DNA of 64,000 bases from a bacterium (GCA_963675755.2 CAXXMD010000002.1:352001-416000); one strand, 5' to 3'. Positions 23,261 through 33,959 are shown, numbered from the stretch's first letter. Translations and numbers: made by a program. Notes: generated by a model from the sequence alone, not told the origin.

Positions 23261-25348
23261 ATGAAAACCAGAATTATTGGATTGGTTATATTATTTATAT
23301 GTTTATCTGCTGTCAATTCATACAGTCAAATGAAACACCATCAGATAGGGCGCTTGTGGCAAACCATGTTTGAGGTGGGTACCCGGCCAAATTATTCTCC
23401 CTTGTATACGGCAATGAATTATCCCGGTGGAGATTTTTATCTGGGTACTCGAAAAAATATGGACCGTACCGGCCTTTGGATTGGTGTAAAAGAATGGACT
23501 AATAAATTCAACGAATATCAGCCCTATTATGTATCAGAGGGCGGGTATATGAATAATGAAGCTACTGGAGTGGTTTTTCCCATTTATAATAGAAAGTATG
23601 TGCGTCAGCGTCTGCCGCTTGTATCAATTAATGGAACCGCTGAAAAACGATATTCGGATTCACGAGACAGCAGCACCAGACGAACTTCACTGGATTCAGA
23701 TGAGCAAATAATTACAAAATGGGCTACTGATGTAGGGATTGAAGTCACACGTACCAGTTATGCTTTTGCTAATCCGAGACATGACAGTTATATCATTCAG
23801 GAATATGTATTTAAAAATACCGGCAATGCTGATAAAGAGGAAAATACAATTGAATTACCTGATCAGGTTTTAAAGGATGTATATTTTGGATTTTGGAGAA
23901 CATTTATTCCATCTTTAGATGTAGGGCATTCTCAAATGGGTAGCAAACATGATGAATGGTGCCATTATTATGGAAACCAACCTGGTGATTCGCTGCGTGG
24001 ATTCTGGTATGTATATGATGGCGATAATGAATACAAATTATTTGATGATACAGGTGATCCATCCGAATTAAATGGAGAGTTCCTTTCCCCTCAATATCCT
24101 GCATTTGGAGTGCTGCACGCGGATACAGATTATCTGTCAGAAATTGATGATCCTGAACAACCGGCCACTGTTAATTACTGGCCTTATAGCCAGGTCAATT
24201 CTCATGTGAATGGTGATCCGGATGCATCTCTTTATACAGATCTCAGCAGTGGTACACAAAGCCAGGGATCAGATACAGGAGAATATGGCAGTCCTATTGA
24301 TCCACAGATTCAACAACCCCAATTACTCATGTCATTTGGGCCTTATGAAATTCCATTTGGACAAGATGTTCGCATTGTTCTGTTTGAAGCTGTTGGTAGT
24401 GTGTCACGAAAACAGGCAATGCAAAAAGGACGTGATTGGTTCGCTGGTAATTTAGAGTGGAATGATCTGACAGGTGATGAAGCAAAAAACGCATTTGTTG
24501 CTACAGGTAAAGATTCGCTGCACGAGATAGCCAGGCGTGCGGAATGGACATGGCAAAATGGTATTGAAGCTGTTCCAGATGGTCCGGAATCTCCCAGTTT
24601 GAATATTGCAGCCGGCCCGGCAAAAGTAGAGCTGGAATGGTATTATAACACCAATGACTCTTTACCCCCTAATCCTGATGTAGACACCGGTGAATATGAT
24701 TTTGCCGGATATCGTCTATACCGGGCTTCGGATAATTATAATAATGAATATTATAAAATTTGGGAATGTGGGGGAAACACGGGTATTGAAATTACAAACA
24801 AATATACAGACCGTGATGTTGAGCGCGGACAAAGCTATTATTATTATGTAACTGCTTATGATGATGGTACACAAAATCAGGGTGGATTGTTCCCGGGTAC
24901 ACCTGTAGAATCCAGTCATTTCAGTAATCGAAATTTTATTTACGCAGGAGTGCCTTATGCCGGGGCCAGACCTCAGCTTGATTCTGTTTTTGTAGTCCCC
25001 AATCCATTCCATTTTCAGGGACTTGCTTATGGTGGTACCTGGGCAAATGATTATAATTTTGATCCCAATACGGGTGGTCGTCCTGAAGACAAGCTGTTAT
25101 TTGTTGGATTGCCGGCTAAAGCAACCATTAGAATTTTTACAGGCAGTGGTAATTTGATTAAAACGCTTGAACACCCGAATCCTTATAACGCCCAATCTGT
25201 TTCTGAATCTGCTGATGAAATGTGGCTACAGATAACTGATGAATGGCAAACGATCAAGAGTGGTGTTTACTTTTTTCACGTTGAAGGATGGGATCTGCAG
25301 GGCAATTATATTGGTGAAACCATGGGCAAGTTTATCATTATACGCTAA
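23261..25348 (+). CDS. Large secreted receptor-partner protein with FN3-like domain and variant T9SS-like C-terminal domain (module 1)
   Basis: Sec signal with no lipobox. FN3-like PESPSL...VELEW...DFAGYRLYR...YYYYVTAYD. Tail VFVVPNPF...LPAKATIRIFTGSGNLIKTL...SGVYFFHVE...GKFIIIR. Confidence 0.75.
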   Translation: MKTRIIGLVILFICLSAVNSYSQMKHHQIGRLWQTMFEVGTRPNYSPLYTAMNYPGGDFYLGTRKNMDRTGLWIGVKEWTNKFNEYQPYYVSEGGYMNNEATGVVFPIYNRKYVRQRLPLVSINGTAEKRYSDSRDSSTRRTSLDSDEQIITKWATDVGIEVTRTSYAFANPRHDSYIIQEYVFKNTGNADKEENTIELPDQVLKDVYFGFWRTFIPSLDVGHSQMGSKHDEWCHYYGNQPGDSLRGFWYVYDGDNEYKLFDDTGDPSELNGEFLSPQYPAFGVLHADTDYLSEIDDPEQPATVNYWPYSQVNSHVNGDPDASLYTDLSSGTQSQGSDTGEYGSPIDPQIQQPQLLMSFGPYEIPFGQDVRIVLFEAVGSVSRKQAMQKGRDWFAGNLEWNDLTGDEAKNAFVATGKDSLHEIARRAEWTWQNGIEAVPDGPESPSLNIAAGPAKVELEWYYNTNDSLPPNPDVDTGEYDFAGYRLYRASDNYNNEYYKIWECGGNTGIEITNKYTDRDVERGQSYYYYVTAYDDGTQNQGGLFPGTPVESSHFSNRNFIYAGVPYAGARPQLDSVFVVPNPFHFQGLAYGGTWANDYNFDPNTGGRPEDKLLFVGLPAKATIRIFTGSGNLIKTLEHPNPYNAQSVSESADEMWLQITDEWQTIKSGVYFFHVEGWDLQGNYIGETMGKFIIIR

Positions 25349-25360
25349 CTGGAGTGTTAT

Positions 25361-26398
25361 ATGAAAACCGGTTTTAAAATTGTTTTTATTCTATACATTT
25401 TGTTAAATGCGATAACCTGTTTGTATGCCGGGCAAAAAAACGTTGGACAAAGTGGAATGACATATTTAGCAATCAGTATGTGTTCCAGAGAAAATGCAAT
25501 GGGAGATGCCGGTACAGCAAGTGTTAAAGGAATTAACGGGTTGTGGCATAATCCTTCCGTTATTGCTGATATTGACAATTTTGCTGTTTCTCTCAATCAG
25601 GTCGATTGGTTAATAGATACTTATGTTTCGGGTATTGCGGCAGCTTATGGAATGGGCAACTGGGGTACCATTGCTCTGGATGTAACTTATATGGACTGGG
25701 GAGACATTATTGGTACAAAGCCAGTTGACAGATCTGTTGATCCCAGAGGATTTCAGATCACCGGCAATATTGAAGTCGAAGATTATGCACTGGGAGTTGC
25801 TTATGCAAGACGTATCAATGACAAGTTCGCCATGGGTGTTAAAATTAAACGTGTACATGAAAATCTTGGAAATGCATTATATGTTACAAGTGAAATAGGT
25901 GAAAATGAAGATGGTGATATAGAATATGAACGTAGCTCAAAAGAGTGGGAATTGGATAACTGGGGTTTTGATTTTGGGACTATATATGATACGGGCTGGA
26001 AGGGGCTCTTGTTTGCTATGACTTTGCAGAATTTTTCACGTGATATGAAATATTATTATGATGAATTTCAGTTGCCTATGACGTTAAAAATGGGACTCGC
26101 AATGAAGATTTCTGAAATCTTTTTTCCTGATAGTAAACAATTTTATTTGAACGCTGCCATAGATGCCAGTACGCCAAATGATTATTCTGAAAGAGTCAAT
26201 ATCGGTTCCGAATTGGTTTACCTTGATCGTTTTGCTTTACGTGGTGGGTACAAGTTTAATAATGATGTCGAATCTATGACGCTAGGATTTGGTTTCAATT
26301 TTGATTTTTCAGGAGTAAATGCCAGTATTGATTATGCTTATTCAAGTGCTACCTATTTTCAGGATATTAACAGGTTTTCGCTCAATTTTAATTTTTAA
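25361..26398 (+). CDS. PorV/PorQ-family outer-membrane barrel (module 1)
   Basis: YLAISMCSRENAMGDA...LWHNPS, DYALGVAYAR, DFGTIY, QLPMTLKMG, LRGGY, IDYAY and terminal FSLNFNF. Confidence 0.85.
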   Translation: MKTGFKIVFILYILLNAITCLYAGQKNVGQSGMTYLAISMCSRENAMGDAGTASVKGINGLWHNPSVIADIDNFAVSLNQVDWLIDTYVSGIAAAYGMGNWGTIALDVTYMDWGDIIGTKPVDRSVDPRGFQITGNIEVEDYALGVAYARRINDKFAMGVKIKRVHENLGNALYVTSEIGENEDGDIEYERSSKEWELDNWGFDFGTIYDTGWKGLLFAMTLQNFSRDMKYYYDEFQLPMTLKMGLAMKISEIFFPDSKQFYLNAAIDASTPNDYSERVNIGSELVYLDRFALRGGYKFNNDVESMTLGFGFNFDFSGVNASIDYAYSSATYFQDINRFSLNFNF

Positions 26399-26409
26399 TA
26401 TTGGTATTC

Positions 26410-28011
26410 ATGATGTTGATAATAGTAAGAAATTTTATTTTTAAAATACTTTTGCTCTTCTTTTTTTCTCTATTAGTTTTTTGCACATCTCGAACTGTAA
26501 ATAATTTTATATCAATTCAGGGTGATCGATTTATTGATGACAGGGGGAACCAGATAATTCTCCATGGAGTCAATCTGGTGAACAAGGATAAATCAGTCAA
26601 CTATTTAGGTTCTGAAAATGAGAATGATTTCAAACTCATGAGATCCTGGGGTATGAATTGTATAAGGCTGGGAATAATTTGGGATGGCCTGGAACCACAA
26701 CCGGGTGTGTATGATGATGATTATCTTGAAGGAATTGACAAGCGCATTGAATGGGCAAAACAAAATGGCCTATATGTCATTTTAGATATGCACCAGGATT
26801 TGTTCAGCGTAAAATTTTCAGATGGCGCCCCTGAATGGGCTACTTTAACAGATGATAAAGAACACATTCATAATAGTCCTGTATGGAGCGATGCCTATAA
26901 CACCAGTCCTGCCATACAAACCGCGTTCGATAATTTTTGGAATAATAAACCCGCATCTGATGGCATGGGGATTCAGGACCATTATGCAAAGGCCTGGCAA
27001 TATGTTGCCACTCGGTATGCAAATGAACCCACCATAGTTGGTTATGATATTATGAATGAACCGTTTATCGGTTCAAAAATTACTGAGATACAGCCGCTGC
27101 TGTTTTTTGAAGGAGCAAAGATTTTTGCTGAACAAGATTCTACTGAGCATGCTTCTGTAGAAGAACTTTTACAAATGTGGATGACAGAGGAGGGACGTTA
27201 TCAAATTTTGCAGCGTTTGGCTAATCCCTATGTTTATGCGCGTGTAATAGCTCCCACTGAACCCGGTTATCAGGAATTTGAGAAACATACACTAACATCC
27301 ATGTATCAGCGGGTTGCCAATGATATACGCAAAGTAGATCAGAATCATATTTTGTTTCTAGAGACTACTATTGCATCGAATATGGGTGTTCGGTCTGGTC
27401 TTGAACCCCTTGTAGATTCTTTGGGAAATCGTGATCCATTACAAGCTTATGCGCCACATGGTTATGATCTGGTAACTGATACAAAGGATGTTGCACTGGC
27501 AAGTAACGAAAGATTGGATTTAATTTTTTCCCGACATGAAGAAACATCAAAACGTCTGCTTATGCCCATGCTAGTAGGAGAGTGGGGCGCGTATTATATG
27601 AATGCAAATGCAAAAACTACAGCAATGCATGTTTCTGCTTTATTTGAAAAAATGATGTGTGGTGACACCTATTGGAGTTATAATAATAATTTACCTCAGG
27701 CTGACTTTTTTGAAGCAATCAGCAGGATTTATCCCGCTCATGTTCCGGGAGAATTATTGTTTTATTCAAGTGATACGGAAACAAATATATTTCATTGCCG
27801 CTGGCTAAACAATCCCGAAATTAACGGATCGCTCAAGATATACATCCCATCACGATATATGGTTTCACTGGATCAAATTGAATGCATACCTGGCAATATG
27901 AATATCAGGTTAGAGATAGAAGAGGGCAGTGAAAGCAATTACATCATTGCAAAACCTGCCCGGGATTATTCGGATATTTGTACTATTACATTTCGGCTTT
28001 ATACTAAATAA
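26410..28011 (+). CDS. GH5 glycoside hydrolase, endoglycoceramidase-like
   Basis: LHGVNLVNK, IRLGIIWDGLEP, LDMHQDLFS, DGAPEWA, GYDIMNEP (acid/base), APHGYD and LVGEWG (nucleophile), plus a C-terminal beta-sandwich. Start is uncertain (26401-26413). Confidence 0.85.
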   Translation: MMLIIVRNFIFKILLLFFFSLLVFCTSRTVNNFISIQGDRFIDDRGNQIILHGVNLVNKDKSVNYLGSENENDFKLMRSWGMNCIRLGIIWDGLEPQPGVYDDDYLEGIDKRIEWAKQNGLYVILDMHQDLFSVKFSDGAPEWATLTDDKEHIHNSPVWSDAYNTSPAIQTAFDNFWNNKPASDGMGIQDHYAKAWQYVATRYANEPTIVGYDIMNEPFIGSKITEIQPLLFFEGAKIFAEQDSTEHASVEELLQMWMTEEGRYQILQRLANPYVYARVIAPTEPGYQEFEKHTLTSMYQRVANDIRKVDQNHILFLETTIASNMGVRSGLEPLVDSLGNRDPLQAYAPHGYDLVTDTKDVALASNERLDLIFSRHEETSKRLLMPMLVGEWGAYYMNANAKTTAMHVSALFEKMMCGDTYWSYNNNLPQADFFEAISRIYPAHVPGELLFYSSDTETNIFHCRWLNNPEINGSLKIYIPSRYMVSLDQIECIPGNMNIRLEIEEGSESNYIIAKPARDYSDICTITFRLYTK

Positions 28012-28018
28012 TCTTTGT

Positions 28019-28822
28019 TTATTGATTTTTCAAAAACTTGATCAAGCCTTCAGGATCGTCTGTCTGAATACCATCCGTACCCCAATCCAATGCTTGCTGC
28101 CAGCATGAGGAATCACTTTCATCAACTAAAACAATAGCACCAGCATTGTGACACGCATCCAGGAATGTTTTTGAATAATGTTTCCATACCGATGCAACCA
28201 CATGCGGTTTAAATTCAGTAAGCAGTGTATTCAGGTTCTTTTCAGGGCCCGGGTCTGGCATAATAATGCATTCAGGACATAATTGTTCGACCTCTTTTAG
28301 CTCTTGAGGATCAGCATACCATACAATATCCTTTTCCATGTCCCATTTTTTAATTACAGATAGAGTTTGATTAATATCTGCGTTTTTAAAATCCAGGTAA
28401 ATCCCGATTTTACCTTTGCACAATTCCAGTATCTCATCAAAAGTAGGAATTCTCTCATTCTTCCATTTTGCATCAATACGACTCCCAATATCCATAGCTT
28501 TTAATTCAGCAAGCGTGAATTCCGATACAGAACCTGTAGTGCCATCAGTAACGTATGCATCGATTTTACTGTTATGAACACTAACCAGCGCACTATCGCG
28601 GGTTGTTCTAAGATCTATTTCAACAAAGTCAGCACCAAGATCAATAGCTTTTTGGTAGGCTGCAAGCGTATTTTCCGGAATTCCTATATGTGCACCCCGA
28701 TGTGCAACCACATATATGTTACCGTTTTTTGGTGGAATCAGAACCGTATCTGATTGGTTTTTACATCCCATTGCTCCCAATGTTGCAACTAGTATTAAAA
28801 GAAATTTTATCCGGTTCATCAT
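28019..28822 (-). CDS. Glycerophosphodiester phosphodiesterase (GDPD) lipoprotein
   Basis: Lipobox AMGC. Motifs AHRGA, PENTLAAY, VEIDLRTT, RIPTFDE and DGIQTD. Confidence 0.92.
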   Translation of the reverse strand: MMNRIKFLLILVATLGAMGCKNQSDTVLIPPKNGNIYVVAHRGAHIGIPENTLAAYQKAIDLGADFVEIDLRTTRDSALVSVHNSKIDAYVTDGTTGSVSEFTLAELKAMDIGSRIDAKWKNERIPTFDEILELCKGKIGIYLDFKNADINQTLSVIKKWDMEKDIVWYADPQELKEVEQLCPECIIMPDPGPEKNLNTLLTEFKPHVVASVWKHYSKTFLDACHNAGAIVLVDESDSSCWQQALDWGTDGIQTDDPEGLIKFLKNQ

Positions 28823-28823
28823 T

Positions 28824-30803
28824 TTAATCCTCAAATTGATAAGAGTTAAATGGGATCATTGTCCAGTTTCCGTTTTTAAATTTATACCATAATCTTAGAC
28901 GTTCATTACCTATTGCATTCATGTATTCAAATTTTATCTTGTGAACTCCCTTTTGTAACCCCATAAAGCTTAAATTACTATCCGAATTTTTAGGGAGGTC
29001 ATCATCAATAACCAGTTCATCATCAATGTAAACTTTGACGGCGTCATCACCTCTGGAACGGAATTGATATAATCCATCTTGAGGTATCTCAAAAAAACCG
29101 TCATAGACTATGCCGAAATTTTCTTCACGCCATTGGGGGCCATCGGTCCAGAACAGATCTGTTTTCCAGAAATCTTTGACAATACCGGATGATTTTGGAG
29201 CGAGTTTGTTAAAATTGGGTAACTTTTTCCATTCTCCCTCATAATATTTGTATCGTAGACCCTGTTTTAAATTTTTGTTTTCCAGACTGTTTTTTATATC
29301 AACTTTAATAAAATCAACAGGAATCAGGGTAGCAAATTGATCATTATTATTATAAACTCTGGCATTAACTGTTAAACTTTTCTTAACAACCAATGAATCT
29401 TTATGTTTTGAATTGATATCAGGAATTGAACCATCCATTGAAAATCTGGATTTCAGATTGTTAAATGGTATGTCCAAATGTATTGTACAAGAATCAACGA
29501 ATGCATATAATTCGGGTTTCAGGTAATCCGGTTTTATTGTAGGACTTATGGGAATGTCGAATTGCCCATCAAGTCCAAAATCTTGATTATTGCTGTAACT
29601 TAATTCCCAGTCAAATTGCAACAGATCAAGATCCTTGTATGCAGTCATTTGATGTGCATGGATTTTGGATTGAATAATTGTATCTTCCTGTGCGGGTAGA
29701 ATGAGATTGATTTGAGAATTCGTTATATCCACCTGATGATGATGATAGAATTTTATATCAATTTTTAAATTTTCATTTCCTTCATTCTTTAAATATAGAT
29801 ATAAACTGCCATCTGAAAATTTGTCTCCTTTATTGCATAATACTAAATTTACAAATGTTGTATTTTCAAGTAATGAGGCTGCCAGTTTGCGAGTCTGTTC
29901 TTTACTAACATCGTGTGGATGAATTCCATCGAGCTCCAGATTGGCAAGCACAGGTCCATCATCAGTTACGGTAACCCATGCAATATGGTCGAATTCACCA
30001 AATTGAGGGCCACGTAAGCGACTACTGCCACCAGTAGTCGCTAATATATAATAATTGTTTTTATTTCTTTCATTATATAAATACCGATGTTCATGACCGG
30101 CAAAAACCGTGTATTGCCGATCATGCAAAACATCTTCAATATCCTGAAAGCGGTTTTGAGTATCATATTTCCAGACAGGGTGGTGCATGAATAAAAATGT
30201 CCACCGTACGTTTTGGTTTTCCTTTAATGTTTCAATCACGAATTCTTTTTGTTTATCTGTTATTGAGTGGTCTTTATCATCATTGCTATCCAGAGTGATA
30301 AACAATACGTCTTTGTATACAAAAGAATAGTATCTTTTACCATACCGTTTTTCCCATTCTTTTTGCATTACTTTATTGGTAATATCATGATTGCCTGGTA
30401 AATAAAAGAACGGGACCTTGAGATTATCAACAATTGAATTGAACTCTTTCCATTCTTTGTCAATAAGTAAAGAATCCTGTGTATAACCGGGAATTAAATC
30501 ACCCACACTCATTACAAATTCAGGCATGAGCATATTAATTTTATCTACAGCTTTGGGGAAAATCCCCTTTCTTAAACCACCGGTGCGATCACTGACAATA
30601 ACAAATTGAAAATTCTGAGGATCGTTATAGAATTTTAAATCCGTCCAGGGTTTTGCCTCTGAATCAACTTTACTTTTAAAAACATCATTCTTTTGACAAA
30701 AAGCATATTCAGCTGCAAATAAATAAATCACAATTATCCATATTACTGATAGACGATTATATTTATTTTTCAATCTTGAATTCATCCTTAATATCTCCGG
30801 CAA
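28824..30803 (-). CDS. Calcineurin-like metallophosphoesterase with C-terminal PA14 domain
   Basis: SDRTGG, SVGDL, PGNHD, FMHHP and AGHEH motifs. PA14 GLRYKYYEGEW...GLYQFRSRGDDAVKVYID. The true start may be ATG 30785 or TTG 30773. Confidence 0.85.
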   Translation of the reverse strand: MPEILRMNSRLKNKYNRLSVIWIIVIYLFAAEYAFCQKNDVFKSKVDSEAKPWTDLKFYNDPQNFQFVIVSDRTGGLRKGIFPKAVDKINMLMPEFVMSVGDLIPGYTQDSLLIDKEWKEFNSIVDNLKVPFFYLPGNHDITNKVMQKEWEKRYGKRYYSFVYKDVLFITLDSNDDKDHSITDKQKEFVIETLKENQNVRWTFLFMHHPVWKYDTQNRFQDIEDVLHDRQYTVFAGHEHRYLYNERNKNNYYILATTGGSSRLRGPQFGEFDHIAWVTVTDDGPVLANLELDGIHPHDVSKEQTRKLAASLLENTTFVNLVLCNKGDKFSDGSLYLYLKNEGNENLKIDIKFYHHHQVDITNSQINLILPAQEDTIIQSKIHAHQMTAYKDLDLLQFDWELSYSNNQDFGLDGQFDIPISPTIKPDYLKPELYAFVDSCTIHLDIPFNNLKSRFSMDGSIPDINSKHKDSLVVKKSLTVNARVYNNNDQFATLIPVDFIKVDIKNSLENKNLKQGLRYKYYEGEWKKLPNFNKLAPKSSGIVKDFWKTDLFWTDGPQWREENFGIVYDGFFEIPQDGLYQFRSRGDDAVKVYIDDELVIDDDLPKNSDSNLSFMGLQKGVHKIKFEYMNAIGNERLRLWYKFKNGNWTMIPFNSYQFED

Positions 30804-32526
30804 GATTGTATGTTTTATACTCTAGTGTGTTCTTGTTGATATCAATCGTTAAATATAAAGGTTCACCACCAAATCGTACATCTACAAAATCTCTGGAGGG
30901 CATTTCACGGTCCCCGTTCGGAACAGATATTGATATTACATAAATAGTACCATCAGCAGGAGATTTAACTGGTTTTTGGTTATACATGGGTTTTGACCGC
31001 ATATAATAATGAACGTGACCTGAGAATACCATATCTACATGATATTTGTCAAATAAATCTCCCCATTGTTTGCGAATCACCGGATAATCCTCTTCATAGC
31101 TGTAGGGAGGAAAATGGAAAAACGCAAATTTCCAGGTTTTATCAGAATTCGCCAATGTGTTTTCCAGCCATTTTGTTTGATCTTTTATAGGGGCTGTTGC
31201 ATCCAGCATTATAAAAAGAGCGTTGCTGTATTCAAAACTGTATACTCTTTCTTTTTCAAGAAAATCCGGGCCATTTTTAGGGTATTCAAATAAATCAAGA
31301 TACAATTGTGCTCCCAGACCATCCTGATTGTCATGATTACCAAGGGTTGTCATCATGGGACGTTGTTTTAAAACATCCTGGCCATATTCAAACCAGTGGT
31401 CCCAATCATCTCTATAAAGTCCTGTACTGACTACATCTCCACCGATTGTAAAAAAGGAGGTTGCTGGATGCTGTTTAAATGCTGCATTGATCAATTGTCC
31501 CCAATGCGGAGATCTGTGTGTATCTCCAAAATATACAAAGGAAAAAGGTTTGCTGTCTTGAGGGCCAGTAACAAATTCCGATGTATCGCTCCAGGTTTGA
31601 TCATAACCCACAGTATATTTATATGTTGTATTGGGCTCAAGCTCGACCAGTTTTGCATGAAAACGGTGTGTGTACCTGTCATTTTTTAGTAATCTGTTTT
31701 CAATTAACATTTCTTCAGCATCAGTTGTTTTCACATCCTGATTATTTGTCCAATAATGAACCTGTCCCTGGTTAATTTTGGAATTGGTTCGCCATTGTAT
31801 GTTCATAGTAGTAGATGGATCATCGCTCCAGGTCAGGGAGATCTGATCAGGATTTTCGGAAGAAGGGAAGGGAGTATTTCTGAATGCATTGATGAGGTGG
31901 GCTTCTCTTGCTCTTCCGCGTATTGTGGTAAGCAATTGATTGCCAATTAAGGATTCGGGTACCTGTGTTAAAACCAATTCATCCCAATCATGATATGTGA
32001 ATGCTCCCAGTTGCATGATTTCAATATGTTGGTTTGTTGGATAGAAATTACTTAGCTCAAGCTTGTCAGCTTTATTTTTGGGTCCTATTGAAACAAAATA
32101 AACCGGACGGTGTTTGTCGAATCCATTTATCCCCAATTCAACACGACCTGCGTTAAATTCTTTTTGCCATACTGAATATGTATATTCTTCATTTTTAACA
32201 ATCATATTCGTCTTGCTGAAACCGGATGGCTCAAGCCAGAAAGGAGGCTGCTGCTGATCCTGGTGCTGCATCACTGAAACAATAACAGGGACATTTACAT
32301 CAAAATACCAGTATTTTTTTGACAAGATATCTTTTTCTTTATCAGATAAATTGTTCATAATATAATCATGAGTGATTGATTCAAGTTCATGATCTGATAA
32401 ATTTGCATACAAACGGGTAACAATATTATCCATTGTAGATTTAACCGTTTGTGTAGACTGTGATACACATCCCAGAAAAATTAAGAAAATTATACCAACA
32501 AATATGATACTTTTTTGATTTTTCAT
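30763..32526 (-). CDS. Purple acid phosphatase-like FN3 + metallophosphoesterase lipoprotein
   Basis: Lipobox FLGC. PAP N-domain PDQISLTW...LEPNTTYKYTVG. Catalytic motifs GDTH, GGDVV, GNHD, HFPPY and SGHVHYY. Confidence 0.88.
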   Translation of the reverse strand: MKNQKSIIFVGIIFLIFLGCVSQSTQTVKSTMDNIVTRLYANLSDHELESITHDYIMNNLSDKEKDILSKKYWYFDVNVPVIVSVMQHQDQQQPPFWLEPSGFSKTNMIVKNEEYTYSVWQKEFNAGRVELGINGFDKHRPVYFVSIGPKNKADKLELSNFYPTNQHIEIMQLGAFTYHDWDELVLTQVPESLIGNQLLTTIRGRAREAHLINAFRNTPFPSSENPDQISLTWSDDPSTTMNIQWRTNSKINQGQVHYWTNNQDVKTTDAEEMLIENRLLKNDRYTHRFHAKLVELEPNTTYKYTVGYDQTWSDTSEFVTGPQDSKPFSFVYFGDTHRSPHWGQLINAAFKQHPATSFFTIGGDVVSTGLYRDDWDHWFEYGQDVLKQRPMMTTLGNHDNQDGLGAQLYLDLFEYPKNGPDFLEKERVYSFEYSNALFIMLDATAPIKDQTKWLENTLANSDKTWKFAFFHFPPYSYEEDYPVIRKQWGDLFDKYHVDMVFSGHVHYYMRSKPMYNQKPVKSPADGTIYVISISVPNGDREMPSRDFVDVRFGGEPLYLTIDINKNTLEYKTYNLAGDIKDEFKIEK

Positions 32527-32716
32527 CAGAACTCCATATATAATTCATAAAATTAAAGTATTTTGATTAACACTCTTTTACAATTAAAAATTCAATGAAT
32601 AGAAAAAGTTTGTAAATTTAATGGAAAAATGAACAATTTGCAGTTTCTTGCAAAAAAAAATGCAACTTTGGTCATTTTTTCCTTTGAATTGTTTAAAAAT
32701 GGAATATATTTATAAG

Positions 32717-32730
32717 AACAAACGTTTGCC
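32717..32730. promoter_or_regulatory. LacI-family operator (site 1)
   Basis: aaCAAACGTTTGcc: a perfect 10-bp palindrome with central CG, lying between the divergent phosphatase operon and the LacI gene. Confidence 0.7.
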
Positions 32731-32917
32731 TTTTTAAGTCAGACAATTGTAAAAAAATGTAAATTCTAGATTTATTTATTTTTTAAAATACAAAAATTAG
32801 CTTAAAAAATAAATAAAAAAACTGGTTTTGGTTTGAATTGCTGTTCATTTATATGAATTATATTTAAATTCTGCTTAATAATTTCTTAATCATGCATGTT
32901 TACATTTAATTTTCAAA

Positions 32918-32931
32918 TGCAAACGATTGCC
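32918..32931. promoter_or_regulatory. LacI-family operator (site 2)
   Basis: tGCAAACGATTGCc immediately upstream of the LacI gene SD. It is near-identical to site 1. Confidence 0.7.
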
Positions 32932-32945
32932 CCTTAAGGAACCTT

Positions 32946-33959
32946 ATGGCAACACTTAAAGATGTAGCAAAATTAGCCAAAGTTCATCCGTCAACAGTCT
33001 CCCGTGTATTACGTGATATTGATAGTTTATCAATAACTACCAAAACACGAGAGCGCATCCTTAATGCAGTAGAAGAATTAAAGTATCGTCCTGATCAGAT
33101 GGCCCGGGCATTAAAGATGGGAAAAAGTTTTTCAATAGGTCTGATCATTCCAGATATATCAAATCCATTTTTTGCAGAACTAGTCAAGATAATAGAAAAT
33201 GAATGTACCAAAGCTGGTTTTATTCTTCTAGTATCAATATCTAATGAAGATCAGGAAAAAGAGATTCAGCATGTTAACAATTTGTTAGGCAGAGGTATAG
33301 ATGGATTGATTTTAGCTCCTGTGCAGAATAGTTATAATCATATTTTAGAATTAAAAAGTAAAAATTTCCCCTTTTTGTTGATAGATCGTTATTTTGAAAC
33401 ATTTGAGACCAATGCAATAATCAGTGATAATGAGGAATCAGCATTCAAGGCGGTTCAATATCTTGTCAAGCTTGGTCACAATCGTATTGGTTTTATCAGT
33501 GGTAGACCAGAAATTTATACAATACGGAAAAGGTTGGAAGGTTATAAAAAGGCTCTTAAAGAATTCAATTTGGAAGATAATGCAGATTTGATGTGGGGAG
33601 CAGGCCATACTTTTCAGAATGGATATGAAGCAACGCAAAATTTACTAGCTTTAGAAAAACCACCAACAGCGTTATTAATATCTGGAAACCTCATAACTTT
33701 AGGCGCTTACAAAGCATTGTTGGAAAAAGGATTGCATATTCCGAATGATATGTCTATAATAGCTTTTTCCGATAATGTTATTTCTCAATACTTGTCTACA
33801 CCTTTAACAACAATATCTCACCCACTTGAAGAAATGGGTAAGCGTGCTTTTCAATTGTTGTTTCAGAATATCAATACAGAAGTCAGAAATTCTTATACTA
33901 AAATTACAGTTTGCACTAATTTTATAATTAGAGAATCGACAGGTAAAAGAACAAGTTGA
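32946..33959 (+). CDS. LacI-family transcriptional regulator
   Basis: ATLKDVAKLAKVHPSTVSRVL HTH, IGLIIPDISNPFF, GHNRIG and PLTTI motifs. Confidence 0.97.
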   Translation: MATLKDVAKLAKVHPSTVSRVLRDIDSLSITTKTRERILNAVEELKYRPDQMARALKMGKSFSIGLIIPDISNPFFAELVKIIENECTKAGFILLVSISNEDQEKEIQHVNNLLGRGIDGLILAPVQNSYNHILELKSKNFPFLLIDRYFETFETNAIISDNEESAFKAVQYLVKLGHNRIGFISGRPEIYTIRKRLEGYKKALKEFNLEDNADLMWGAGHTFQNGYEATQNLLALEKPPTALLISGNLITLGAYKALLEKGLHIPNDMSIIAFSDNVISQYLSTPLTTISHPLEEMGKRAFQLLFQNINTEVRNSYTKITVCTNFIIRESTGKRTS

